From the NCBI GenBank assembly GCA_963707935.1, contig CAVPRN010000001.1:668183-732182 (forward strand): DNA of 64,000 nucleotides, written 5' to 3'. A program made the translations under genes and the position numbers. Positions 43,263-53,067 of the stretch are shown here, one piece after another. Within the stretch, counting starts at the first letter, position 1. Every line of letters begins with the position of its first letter. The notes below the pieces were generated by a model. The model ran no database searches and was not told the origin of the DNA. It saw nothing but the letters and a program-made list of their open reading frames with translations. The DNA is from an uncultured Acidobacteriota bacterium. GTDB lineage: Bacteria > Acidobacteriota > Thermoanaerobaculia > UBA5066 > Gp7-AA6.

Positions 43263-44916
43263 ATGAAACGTCGGATTCTCGCTTCATTCGCTGCTTCGCT
43301 CGCCGCCTCGGCGACACTCCTCGCCCAGCACGACCATGGCGCCACCGCGGCTCCCGCGGAAAAGCCCGCCCCGCTCTTTCCCGAGATGGGGACGCACCGG
43401 CACCCGATCTCGACGACGAGCCCCGAAGCGCAGAAGTACTTCGATCAGGGGGTGGTGCTCCTCTTCGGCTTCAACCACGAAGAAGCGATCCGGTCGTTCG
43501 CGCGCGCGGCGGATTTCGATCCGAAAGCGGCGATGCCGCACTGGGGCATGGCCCTCGCGCTCGGCACCAACTACAACGACCCCGCTCCGCCGGAAGAACG
43601 CCTGAAGAAGGCGCGGGTCGAAGTCGAGAAGGCCCTCGCGCTCTCGACCTCCTCTCCCGCCAACGAGCGGGCCTACATCGAGGCCCTCTCGGTCCGCTAC
43701 TCCGCCGATCCGGCCGCCGACAAGGCGAAGCTCGCGCGCGACTACCACGCGGCGATGAAAGCGCTCTCCGAGAGGTATCCGGACGATCTCGACGCGGCGA
43801 CGCTGTACGCCGAGTCGGGCATGAACTTGCGCCCCTGGAAGCTCTGGAAGCCGGACGGGTCGCCGGCCGAGGGCACGCCCGAGATCGTGGCGACGCTCGA
43901 GTCGGTCCTGAAGCGCGACCCGATGCACCCCGGCGCCAACCACTACTACATCCACGCCGTCGAGGCCTCGCGGCAGCCCGAGAGGGCGCTCCCGTCGGCG
44001 GCTCGTCTCGAGACACTGGTTCCCATGGCGGGTCATCTGGTGCACATGCCCGCGCACATCCAGATTCGCACGGGCGACTATCTCGGGGCGGAGAAGATCC
44101 AACGCCAGGGCTGCGGACGTGGACCGTGCCTACATCCAGGCGACGGGCGCTTCGGGGCTCTATCCGGTCATGTACTACTGCCACAACGTCCACTTTCAGT
44201 CATGGGCCGCCGCCATGGCCGGGCGCTACGCCGAAGCGAAGAAGGCAGCCGACCGGCTCTACGCCGACGCGCTTCCGAACGTCTCGATGGATCCGATGGT
44301 CGAGGGATATCTCATTCAGCCCCTGGTCGTGGCAGTTCGCTTCCGCAAGTGGGACGAGATTCGCAAGACTCCCGATCCCGGCGCGCTCTCCACCGTGCGC
44401 GCGTTCTGGAACTACGCCCGCGGCGTCGCGGCCGCCGAGTCGGGCGATGTCGGGGCGGCACAGAAGGAGAGGACGGCCTTTCAGGCCGCGCTCGCGGCGA
44501 TGCCCTCGGAGCGGCTGATTGGACCGCAGAACACGGTCCGGGCGACGCTCGCCGTTGCGGATCACGACCTGGACGCCCGGATCGCCGAGGCCCGGAAGGA
44601 TCGGCCGGGAGCGATTGCGAGCTGGCGACAGGCCGTCGCCGCGGAGGACCTGCTGGCCTACGACGAGCCGGCGGCGTGGCAGCACCCGATGCGCGAGTCG
44701 CTCGGCGCGGCGCTCCTGGCCGACGGCCGGGCCGCGGAGGCCGAGAAGGTCTTCCGCGAGGACCTGGAGATGCATCCGCGCAACCCGCGCTCCCTCTTCG
44801 GCCTCGCCGAGAGCCTGAAGGCGCAGGGGAAGACTGCCGACGCGGCCTGGGTCCAGACGCAGTTCGACGCCGCCTGGAAGGACGCGGACACGAAGCTGAC
44901 CCTCGAGGGAATGTGA
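43263..44916 (+). CDS. Secreted TPR-repeat protein (frameshift near 44100)
   Basis: Signal peptide; FDQG..FGFNHEEA, HPGANHYYIH, GHLVHMPAHI; TPR-like helices. Confidence 0.82.
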
Positions 44917-45040
44917 GGCGTTGAAGAGAACTCGCGAGGATTGGGAGTAACATAACCCGCGATCCTTCTTCGATTTGGCCGAGAGTCTCACGCCACCTGC
45001 CCGGGACCTTCCCGCCCCTTCGGACGCCTTGCGGAGGCCG

Positions 45041-45056
45041 TGGCATGGGAGTAGCT
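45041..45056 (+). promoter_or_regulatory. Putative sigma-54 promoter
   Basis: TGGCATGGGAGTAGCT has GG-N10-GC spacing, upstream of an AGGAGG RBS. Confidence 0.5.
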
Positions 45057-45079
45057 AGGGACCGGTACAGGAGGTCACC

Positions 45080-45631
45080 ATGAAAGCCACGGTCCGTTTC
45101 CTTGCGATTGGAATCCTGGCGATCGCGCTCACCGGCGTTTCGGCGTGCTCGAGCTCCGGGGGTGGCACCACGGGCTCGACGACCACGGCGACCGCCTCGG
45201 CGGCTCCCGCCTCGACGACGGCGAGATCCGGCGAGACGGGAACCATGGCCGCGACGACGGGGGGCGTCGCCTCCGCCGCGAGCGCCGCGGGTCTGACGAG
45301 CTCGCTCGGCTCGACCCTCGGGCTCACGGGCGACCAGGCTTCGGGCGCCGTCGGGTCGGTGCTCTCGCTCGCGCAGACGAAGCTCCCGGCCTCCGACTAC
45401 ACGAAGGTCGCCAACGCCCTTCCGGGCGCCGACACGTACGTGCAGAAGGCGAAGGACCTGGGCGCGGTCTCGTCCGGCGGCATCACCGACATGAACGGAT
45501 TGAACGCGGCTTATTCGAAGCTCGGGATCAGCCCGGAGATCGGCTCGCAGGTCACCCCGCTCGTCGTGAACTACGTCGGCAAGGCGGCGGGCCCCACGGT
45601 CGGCGGACTCCTCTCGAGCGTCCTGAAGTAG
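45080..45631 (+). CDS. Lipoprotein, DUF2780-like
   Basis: Lipobox VSAC, Ser/Thr-rich linker, LGLTGDQASGAVGSVL, LNAAYSKLGI. Confidence 0.75.
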   Translation: MKATVRFLAIGILAIALTGVSACSSSGGGTTGSTTTATASAAPASTTARSGETGTMAATTGGVASAASAAGLTSSLGSTLGLTGDQASGAVGSVLSLAQTKLPASDYTKVANALPGADTYVQKAKDLGAVSSGGITDMNGLNAAYSKLGISPEIGSQVTPLVVNYVGKAAGPTVGGLLSSVLK

Positions 45632-45895
45632 AAGCCGAATCTCCGAGGCGAGGCGGGACGGTCGCCGGATCGTCTCGCCTCGCGGAGCTGCGGCTCACTT
45701 CCCAAGCCTCGCGGCGCATGTCCGCGAGCGAGCCTCGCGCGCGGATCGCCCCGCCGATCCTCTCTTCGTGCAACGGGCCCGCGGGCCCGGCGTATTCCCT
45801 CTCTCGCCCGCCGCGTTCCCGGCCGCCTCTGTAATCCCGGCGTCGGCTGGAGTCGTTAGCGAAGGTGAGGGAGGAATGGCGAAAAGGAGGCTCCC

Positions 45896-46432
45896 ATGAG
45901 ATTCCCGAAGAGGCTCGCCGCCGTCCTGCCGCTCGCTTTCGCCGTCGCCGGTCTGACCGCCTGCGCGACGCTCCGGACCACGACCGACTACGACCCGCGA
46001 GCGGATCTGACCCGGTATCGCACGTTCGACGTCGAGAAGGTCTCCTCGCGCCGAGACGATCTGCTCGCGCGCCGGATCGAGGGCGCGCTCGTGGCGGAGC
46101 TGTCGGGCAAGGGCCTGCACGAGTCCGATCGAGACGCGGACCTGGTCGTCGTGGCCTATACGCGTCTCGATCACCAGACCCGGATCTACACCTACGGCAG
46201 CGGGTGGGGCTACGGCTGGCGCTGGCGGGGCGGGCCCGCCATGTCGATCTCGACCGTCGAGAAGATCCCGGTCGGGATGTTGATCGTCGATCTCGTGGAC
46301 GCGAAGAGCCACGAGCTCGTCTGGCGCAGTACCGCGAGCGACGCGCTCGACCCGGGCGCGACTCCGGAGAAGCGCGAGAGAGAGATCGCGCAGGCGGTCT
46401 CGAAGATGTTCGAGACCTATCCGCGGATCTGA
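45896..46432 (+). CDS. DUF4136-like lipoprotein
   Basis: Lipobox LTAC; TDYDP, GMLIVDLVDAKSHELVWR. Confidence 0.82.
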   Translation: MRFPKRLAAVLPLAFAVAGLTACATLRTTTDYDPRADLTRYRTFDVEKVSSRRDDLLARRIEGALVAELSGKGLHESDRDADLVVVAYTRLDHQTRIYTYGSGWGYGWRWRGGPAMSISTVEKIPVGMLIVDLVDAKSHELVWRSTASDALDPGATPEKREREIAQAVSKMFETYPRI

Positions 46433-46523
46433 GAACGCGGCCCCGGAAAGGGCCGACCCGTCACCCAGCGCTTCGACACGCCGTTTCGTACCAACCATTC
46501 GGCAGATCAGGAAGGAGCCCGCC

Positions 46524-47528
46524 ATGCCCGCGACACATCCGCAAGTTCCGAGATCCCCCGCCGACGCGCTCGAGGCCGCCGGGCCGAGGGGCGAGATCGC
46601 CTTCGACCACGGCGCGCAAGTGCTGATCCTGGCCGGAGGAGACGGGGTCCGCCTCCGGCCGCTCACGCGCGAGCTCGCCGGCGACGATCGCCCGAAGCAG
46701 TTCGTGCCGGTCGTCGGCGAGCGGCCCCTGCTCGGAGAGGCGCGGCGGCGCGCGGCGCTCCTCGTCCCGCCGTCGCGGATCCAGATCGTCCTGACGCGGG
46801 CGCACGAAGCGTACTTCCGGCCGATGCTGGAAGACGCGCCGCCGTCCGCGCTCGCGGTCCAGCCGTCGAATCGGGGGACGGGCGTCGCGGTGCTCTATGC
46901 GCTGCTGCGCGCCGCCAAACGCGGGTCGGATTCCTCGGTCGTGATCCTGCCGTCGGACCACTGGGTCTCCGACGACCGCGCTTTCATGGCCCACGTTGCG
47001 GCGGCGGTCGGCGTCGTCGAGGCGCACTCGGACGCCATCGTCCTCCTCGCTCTCTCGCCGACGCGGGCCGAGCCCGAATACGGATGGATCGAGGCCGCCG
47101 AGCCGATCTTCGGCTGGCGATCGGATCTGCGCCGCGTCCGCCGCTTCGTCGAGAAGCCGGGGCCGGAGCGGGCGCGCGAGCTCCGGGCGCGGGGGCTCCT
47201 CTGGAACAGCTTCGTCGTCGTCGGACGGATCTCGAGGCTGCTCCTGCTGTACGCCCTGACCCTGCCGGCGCTCGTGGATGCGTTCGTTCCGGTCTGGAAC
47301 GCGATCGACTCTTCCTCCGAGGCCTCGGCGCTCGAGACGCTCTATGCCGGTGTGGCCGCCGCCGATCTCTCGGCCGACGTCCTCACCCGCCGGCCCGACA
47401 TGCTCTCGGTGCTCCAGGTCTCGGGGGTCCTCTGGGAGGACCTCGGCGACCCGCGGCGCGCGCGCGAGGCCCGCAGGCTCGCAGCGAGCGGCGCCTCCGC
47501 GGCGAGAGCGCGGGCGCTCCCGGCCTAG
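46524..47528 (+). CDS. Sugar-phosphate nucleotidyltransferase (mannose-1-P guanylyltransferase-like)
   Basis: ILAGGDGVRL, PKQF, QPSNRGT, LPSDH, YGWI, FVEKP, WEDLG. Confidence 0.87.
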   Translation: MPATHPQVPRSPADALEAAGPRGEIAFDHGAQVLILAGGDGVRLRPLTRELAGDDRPKQFVPVVGERPLLGEARRRAALLVPPSRIQIVLTRAHEAYFRPMLEDAPPSALAVQPSNRGTGVAVLYALLRAAKRGSDSSVVILPSDHWVSDDRAFMAHVAAAVGVVEAHSDAIVLLALSPTRAEPEYGWIEAAEPIFGWRSDLRRVRRFVEKPGPERARELRARGLLWNSFVVVGRISRLLLLYALTLPALVDAFVPVWNAIDSSSEASALETLYAGVAAADLSADVLTRRPDMLSVLQVSGVLWEDLGDPRRAREARRLAASGASAARARALPA

Positions 47529-47529
47529 T

Positions 47530-48579
47530 TCAGACGCCGAGCGCCTTCGAGGCCATCGCGGTCCCCTCGATCCGCGCGCGGACCTTCGCGAAGGCCGTGT
47601 CGCGCGAGGTCGACGTGTCGTCGCCGAAGGGGGAGAAACCGCAGTCGTCGGTCGTCCCGAGGCGCGCGGGATCGATGAACTTCGCGGCCTCGAGCACGCG
47701 GTCGCGCACCTCTTCGGCGGTCTCGACGCGCGGGTCGATCGGGTCGGTCACGCCGACAAAGATCCGCCGGTCTCCGGTCGCGTGCTTTCCGAGAATCGCG
47801 AGAACCCGCGGCCGGTCCTTCTCGCTCGCGAGCTGCACGAAGAAGCTCCCGACGTTCAGCCGGAAGAGGGCCGGCAGCAGCTCGGCGTAGTCCACGTCCG
47901 CCGAGTGCGTCGAGTCCCGGTCGCCGCCGGGGCAGGTGTGCACGCCGATCTTCTTCCGCTCGGCCGGCGAGAAGCGGTCGAGGACGCGGTTGTTCAGGGC
48001 GACGAACGAATCGAGCAGGCCCTTGGAGGGATCGAGCTTGACCGCGAGGCGCCCCTCGGTGAAGTCGATTTGGACCGTAGCGCCGCGGTCCAGGCACTGC
48101 CGGATGTCCTTCTCCGCCTCGCCGACGAGGTCTTCGAGGAAGGCGTCGCGCGAATAGCCGGGAATGCCGCCCGGCGGGTAGAGGAGCGAGAGGGCCGAGG
48201 CCGAGATGACCGCTTCCTTCATCGGCATCCGGGCGTGCTTCTTCGCGGCATCGAGATAGCTCGAAGCGTAGGTCGCATAGCGAAACGGGCCGGCCGTGAG
48301 GACCGGGAGCTGTCGCTCGTGCCCGTCTTTGAACTTGATCGCGACCCCGCCCGGCGCCAGATTCTTCGCGCCGTGAATCGGGTACGTCGCGAAGGAGGGC
48401 TTGCGCTGCTCGCCGTCGGTGATGACGGGGGAGCCCGTCTCCTCGAAGCGGCCGATCGTGTCGCGCACCGCGTCCTCGAAGAGGGCCTCGAGCTTCTCGG
48501 GCGCGGCGCCCGACGTCATGGCGTCGATGAGAGTCTTCGGTCTCGGAATGCTTCCGACGGGCTCGGTGGGTAGCGTCAT
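47530..48579 (-). CDS. Cobalamin-independent methionine synthase II family protein (catalytic domain only)
   Basis: VGSIPRP, ITDGEQRK, Zn ligands HTC and DCGF. Confidence 0.88.
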   Translation of the reverse strand: MTLPTEPVGSIPRPKTLIDAMTSGAAPEKLEALFEDAVRDTIGRFEETGSPVITDGEQRKPSFATYPIHGAKNLAPGGVAIKFKDGHERQLPVLTAGPFRYATYASSYLDAAKKHARMPMKEAVISASALSLLYPPGGIPGYSRDAFLEDLVGEAEKDIRQCLDRGATVQIDFTEGRLAVKLDPSKGLLDSFVALNNRVLDRFSPAERKKIGVHTCPGGDRDSTHSADVDYAELLPALFRLNVGSFFVQLASEKDRPRVLAILGKHATGDRRIFVGVTDPIDPRVETAEEVRDRVLEAAKFIDPARLGTTDDCGFSPFGDDTSTSRDTAFAKVRARIEGTAMASKALGV

Positions 48580-48697
48580 GGGCGGAATCTAGCACTCGGC
48601 CGGCCACGCTCGTCCCTCCGTTCGTCCCGGCAATGTTCTTGACTCGGGCTCGTGCGGCCGCGATAGTTCCGGAAACGGCTCACGGGGGAGGTGCCCG

Positions 48698-50218
48698 ATG
48701 CCGAATCCCAAAACCGCTCCCTCGCCTCCGGTTCCGAAGTCCACGAACGGCTGGGTCCGCAAGTGCGACGTGGACGACTTCCTCGACCGCCACCTGCCGA
48801 TCCCGACCCACATCGTCTCCAACGAGGAGTTCGAGCCGCTCCCGCAGACGCCCGAGCAGCGGCGGGTCGAGCGGCTGCTCCTGGAGACTGCGGAGCGACA
48901 TTCCCGCCGCCTCGGAATGGGCCGCCGGGAGTTTCTGCGCACCTCCTGCGGAATGGCGGCGGCCTTCGCCGCCATGAACGCCGTCTTCGGCCGGTACTTC
49001 CGGGTCGAAGCCGCCGAGCTGCTCGAGCCCCTCGCCGGGAGCGGACCGGCGTACTTCGTCTTCGACGTCCAGACTCATCACGTGGATCCCCGGCGCAACG
49101 CGCCCACACCGGACCAGCAAGCGCTCGAGTTTCTGGTCGGCTTACGCAAAGCGGGGGAGGAGTGGAACCCGAAGCTTGCCGGCCGGGAGCACACGATCGA
49201 GGAGCTCTACCGGTTGAACTACATCAAGGAGATCTTCCTCGACAGCGAGACGGCGGTCGCGGTCGTGAGCGGCCTGCCCCAGCTGACGCCGGATACCTAT
49301 CTGATCACGCCGGACGAGATGGTCAAGACGCGCTCGTGGGTCAACGAGCTCACGGGCTCGCGCCGCGTGGTCAGCCACGGCACGATGTCGCCCGAGCTCG
49401 GCGCGCGAGGGCTCGACGCCATGCGGGCGCAGGCCGAGAAGCTGAAGATCGATGCGTGGAAGGGGTATCCGGGCCAGCCGCTCGGGCCGAACGGCCAGGG
49501 GTGGTGGATGGACGACGAAACGATCGCGTACCCGGCGCTCGAGCTCTCGCGAAAGCTCGGCATCAAGAACATCTGCTCGCACAAGGGGCTGCCGCTCCCC
49601 GTGTTCTCCGCGGAGCACTGCCATCCCAAAGACATCATGAAGGCGGCGCTCGACTTCCCGGACCTGAATTTCCTCGTCTACCACGCCGGGTTCCGCGGGG
49701 TCGACAAGGAGATGGCCGAGGCCGCGCGCTCCGACTTCGCGACGACCGCCTCGGTGCCGTGGGTCTCGGATCTTTGCGACTGGAAGAAGAAGCACCCGAA
49801 CGTCCGAAACGTCTACATGGAGATCGGCTCGACGTTCGGGATGACCGTGATCTCGTTCCCCTCCCTCTGCGCGCACATGCTCGGCATGATGATCGACGCA
49901 TACGGCGAAGATCACGTCCTCTGGGGCACGGACTCGATCTGGTGGGGCTCGCCGCAGTGGCAGATCGAGGCGTTCAAGCGGCTCGAGATGCCGGAGCCGC
50001 TCGCGAAGCGATTCGGCTACAAGCCGCTGACGGTCGAGACGAAGCGGAAGATCCTCGGGCTGAACGCGGCGCGCGTCTACGGAGTCGATCCGTCGGCGAA
50101 GGTCAAGCCGATGCCGGAGGACTACATCGACCGACTGCGCAAGAAGTACAAGGACTCCGGCCTGGCCGCGCCGAGCAACACGCAGTACGGCTGGGTGCGC
50201 CCTCAGACGGCCGTTTGA
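48698..50218 (+). CDS. Amidohydrolase family protein (amidohydro_2-like)
   Basis: DVQTHH, WKGYP, CSHKG, VYHAG, VLWGTDSIW, KILGLNAA. Confidence 0.82.
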   Translation: MPNPKTAPSPPVPKSTNGWVRKCDVDDFLDRHLPIPTHIVSNEEFEPLPQTPEQRRVERLLLETAERHSRRLGMGRREFLRTSCGMAAAFAAMNAVFGRYFRVEAAELLEPLAGSGPAYFVFDVQTHHVDPRRNAPTPDQQALEFLVGLRKAGEEWNPKLAGREHTIEELYRLNYIKEIFLDSETAVAVVSGLPQLTPDTYLITPDEMVKTRSWVNELTGSRRVVSHGTMSPELGARGLDAMRAQAEKLKIDAWKGYPGQPLGPNGQGWWMDDETIAYPALELSRKLGIKNICSHKGLPLPVFSAEHCHPKDIMKAALDFPDLNFLVYHAGFRGVDKEMAEAARSDFATTASVPWVSDLCDWKKKHPNVRNVYMEIGSTFGMTVISFPSLCAHMLGMMIDAYGEDHVLWGTDSIWWGSPQWQIEAFKRLEMPEPLAKRFGYKPLTVETKRKILGLNAARVYGVDPSAKVKPMPEDYIDRLRKKYKDSGLAAPSNTQYGWVRPQTAV

Positions 50219-51592
50219 GATTCCGGGCGATCGCGCCGGCCGCGCTCCTCCTGGCGGCGCCCGCGTTCGCCGCGCCGCCGGCGGCCCCGGCGCCGGCCGT
50301 CTCTCCTGCCTTCGATCGCGCGAAGTGGGCCGCCCGGGTCCGGGAGGAAATGCTCCACGCCTGGCGCGGCTACGAGCGCTCCGCGTGGGGCCACGACGAG
50401 CTCCAACCGGTGAGCCGGACGGCTCGGGACTGGTACGGGCCGTCTCTGCTGATGACGCCGGTGGACGCCCTGGACACGCTCATCCTCATGGGGCTCGACG
50501 CCGAGGCCGAGAAAGCGAAGTCCCTGATCGTCACGAGGCTCTCCTTCGACGAGGACGTCTCGGTCAAGAACTTCGAGGTGACGATCCGTCTCCTCGGAGG
50601 GTTGCTCTCCGGCTACGAGCGGACGCGGGACCGTCGCCTCCTGGTACTCGCCGAGGACCTCGGCAACCGCCTCCTGCCGGCCTTCGAATCGCCGACCGGA
50701 ATGCCCTACATGTTCGTGAACCTGAAGACCGGCAAGGTGAACGGCCGGCGCTCGAACCCGGCCGAGATCGGCACGCTCGTCCTCGAGTTCGGCACGCTCG
50801 CGCGGCACACCGGCCGGCCCGTCTTCTTCGAGAAGGCGAAGCGCGCGTTGACGCGGCTCTTCGATAGGCGCTCGAAGATCGGCCTGCCGGGCGAGGAGAT
50901 CGACGTCGAGACGGGCGAGTGGGTCGGCCGCGCGAGCCACGTCGGCGGCGGAATCGACTCCTACTTACGAGTACCTCTGGAAGTGCGCGCGGCTCTTCGG
51001 CGACGCGGACTGCGCGCGGATGTGGGGCGAGAGCCTCACGGCCTTGAACGAGCACCTGGCCGACGAAGCGCCGACCGGCCTCTGGTACGGGCAAGTGGAC
51101 ATGGAGACGGGGGCCCGCACCGCCTCCGAGTTCGGTGCGCTCCACGCGTTCCTGCCGGCCGTGCTCGCCTTCGGGGGCGACCTCCCGCGGGCGCGACGCC
51201 TCCAGGACTCCTGTTTCAAGATGTGGGCGCTCCGCGGGATCGAGCCCGAGGTCCTCGACTATCGGGCGATGAGAGTCGTCGCGGGCGGCTATCCGCTGCG
51301 CCCCGAGATCATGGAGTCGGCCTACGTCCTCCATCGGGCGACGAAGGATCCCCGCTACCTCGAGATGGGCCGCGTGTTCTTCGAGGCGCTCGTCCGGCAT
51401 TGCCGGGTCGAGTCGGGGTACACGGTTCTGAAGGACGTCCGGACGATGGAGAAGGGCGACCTGATGCCGAGCTACTTCCTCGCCGAGACGCTCAAGTATC
51501 TCTACCTGCTCTTCGCGCCGGACGACGCGCTCGATTTCGACGGAATGGTGCTCAACACCGAGGCCCACCCGTTTGCGCGGGCGGACCGGTAA
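50215..51592 (+). CDS. GH47 alpha-1,2-mannosidase, secreted (frameshift near 50965)
   Basis: AWGHDEL, FEVTIRLLGGLLS, AEIGTLVLEF, YPLRPEIMES, LAETLKYLYLLF, NTEAHP; TTG start overlaps the upstream stop. Confidence 0.9.
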
Positions 51593-51620
51593 GGCCGGGC
51601 GGCGCAGACACCGGCCGCGT

Positions 51621-52240
51621 GCGAATGTCGGGCCCTCGGGTGTAGGGGCGCCCCGCCCGCCCGAATTGAACAGACCGGCTGCTGTTCCGCCGGGCGGCCG
51701 CGAGGGCCGCCCCTACAGACGGTGACGCAATGTCGGCAGCCTGCGAATGTCGGGTCCTCGGTGTAGGGGCGGGGCTTGTCCCCGCCCGCCCGAATTGAAC
51801 AGGCCGGCTGCTGTTCCGCCGGGCGGCCGCGAGGGCCGCCCCTACAGACGGTGACGCAATGTCGGCAGCCTGCGAATGTCGGGTCCTCGGTGTAGGGGCG
51901 GGGCTTGTCCCCGCCCGCCCGAATTGAACAGGCCGGCTGCTGTTCCGCCGGGCGGCCGCGAGGGCCGCCCCGACAGACGGTGACGCAATGTCGGCAGTTT
52001 GCGAATGTCGGGTCCTCGGTGTAGGGGCGGGGCTTGTCCCCGCCCGCCCGAATTGAACAGGCCGGCTGCTGTTCCGCCGGGCGGCCGCGAGGGCCGCCCC
52101 GACAGACGGTGACGCAATGTCGGCAGTTTGCGAATGTCGGGTCCTCGGTGTAGGGGCGGGGCTTGTCCCCGCCCGCCCGAATTGAACAGGCCGGCTGCTG
52201 TTCCGCCGGGCGGCCGCGAGGGCCGCCCCGACACAGACGG
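51621..52240. repeat. Five tandem ~129-bp units, each an inverted pair of GTAG-type REP hairpins (BIME/REPIN-like)
   Basis: Units start at 51621, 51743, 51872, 52001, 52130; GTAGGGGCGGGGCTTGTCCCCGCCC ... GGGCGGCCGCGAGGGCCGCCCCTAC. Confidence 0.93.
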
Positions 52241-52257
52241 CCCGATCGCCTTCGCCC

Positions 52258-52830
52258 CTACGCCTCCTTGCGCCGGATCATCGCGAGGCGATCGCTCCCC
52301 GGGAACGTCGCGACGTAGCCCTGGCCCGACTTCCGGAGCACGCTCGTCCGGATCCGGTCCGGCCCGGAGGCTTTGAAGGTCTGCCGGAAGTGCCCGATCG
52401 TGCCGGTCGACCCGCTCCCGGCGACGCCCGCCGAATAGGCGGTGATCTCACGCACGACGGTTCCGTCGGCCCCGATCGAAACCGTGCCCTGCTCCTGCAT
52501 CCGGCCTCCGCCCTCGAGGTCGAGCGTCAGAAGCATGTCCAGGTTCTTTCGCAAGGGGTTCCAGACGAGCATGCCTTCGAAGTGGGGCGTCTCGGTTTCG
52601 CCTTGCATCAGGCTCGTTTCGTACCAGATGTAGGACCGTTTCGGCCCCCAGCGGAGCACCGACCGCGCCACGGCGGGTCCTCCGCTCTCGGGCACGACGT
52701 CCCACTGGCCGATCAGGAAGGCGTAGGGGGCGTAGGGGCCCTGGTCGGAGGGCTCGGCGGCGCCCGCCGTGCCCGAGGCGAGGAGGGCGGCGAGGAGAAG
52801 CGACGGGACTGTGGTTCGACGTTCGATCAT
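52258..52830 (-). CDS. Hypothetical secreted protein
   Basis: Signal peptide from MIERRTTVPSLLLAALL; beta-rich body (FLIGQW, FEGMLVWNP). Confidence 0.65.
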   Translation of the reverse strand: MIERRTTVPSLLLAALLASGTAGAAEPSDQGPYAPYAFLIGQWDVVPESGGPAVARSVLRWGPKRSYIWYETSLMQGETETPHFEGMLVWNPLRKNLDMLLTLDLEGGGRMQEQGTVSIGADGTVVREITAYSAGVAGSGSTGTIGHFRQTFKASGPDRIRTSVLRKSGQGYVATFPGSDRLAMIRRKEA

Positions 52831-53067
52831 GCTCTCGAGATACGGGGCGCTCGCGGACTTGTTTGATCCGCGGCGGACGAAAGCGGACAAGCCGGTGACG
52901 AATTTCCTGCAGATCCGGTGTTCCACGAGTGGCAAGACGATTCCCGTGCGCGCGTCCCGCCCAGCGCGCGACTCGTCCCCGGAAGGCTTGAGTCGAAAGG
53001 GGGATTGGTCATAGGCTCGGATCCGGCCGAAGGAGCGAGGCGAAACCGATCGACGAAGAGGACTTCC

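Noticed and set aside
48580-48697. SAM or cobalamin riboswitch upstream of the methionine synthase-like gene
   Set aside because: Short divergent gap with a -10 box 6 nt from the ATG; no aptamer motifs seen
51621-52240. CRISPR array
   Set aside because: Inter-repeat sequences are near-identical rather than unique spacers, the period is 129 bp, and no cas genes are present
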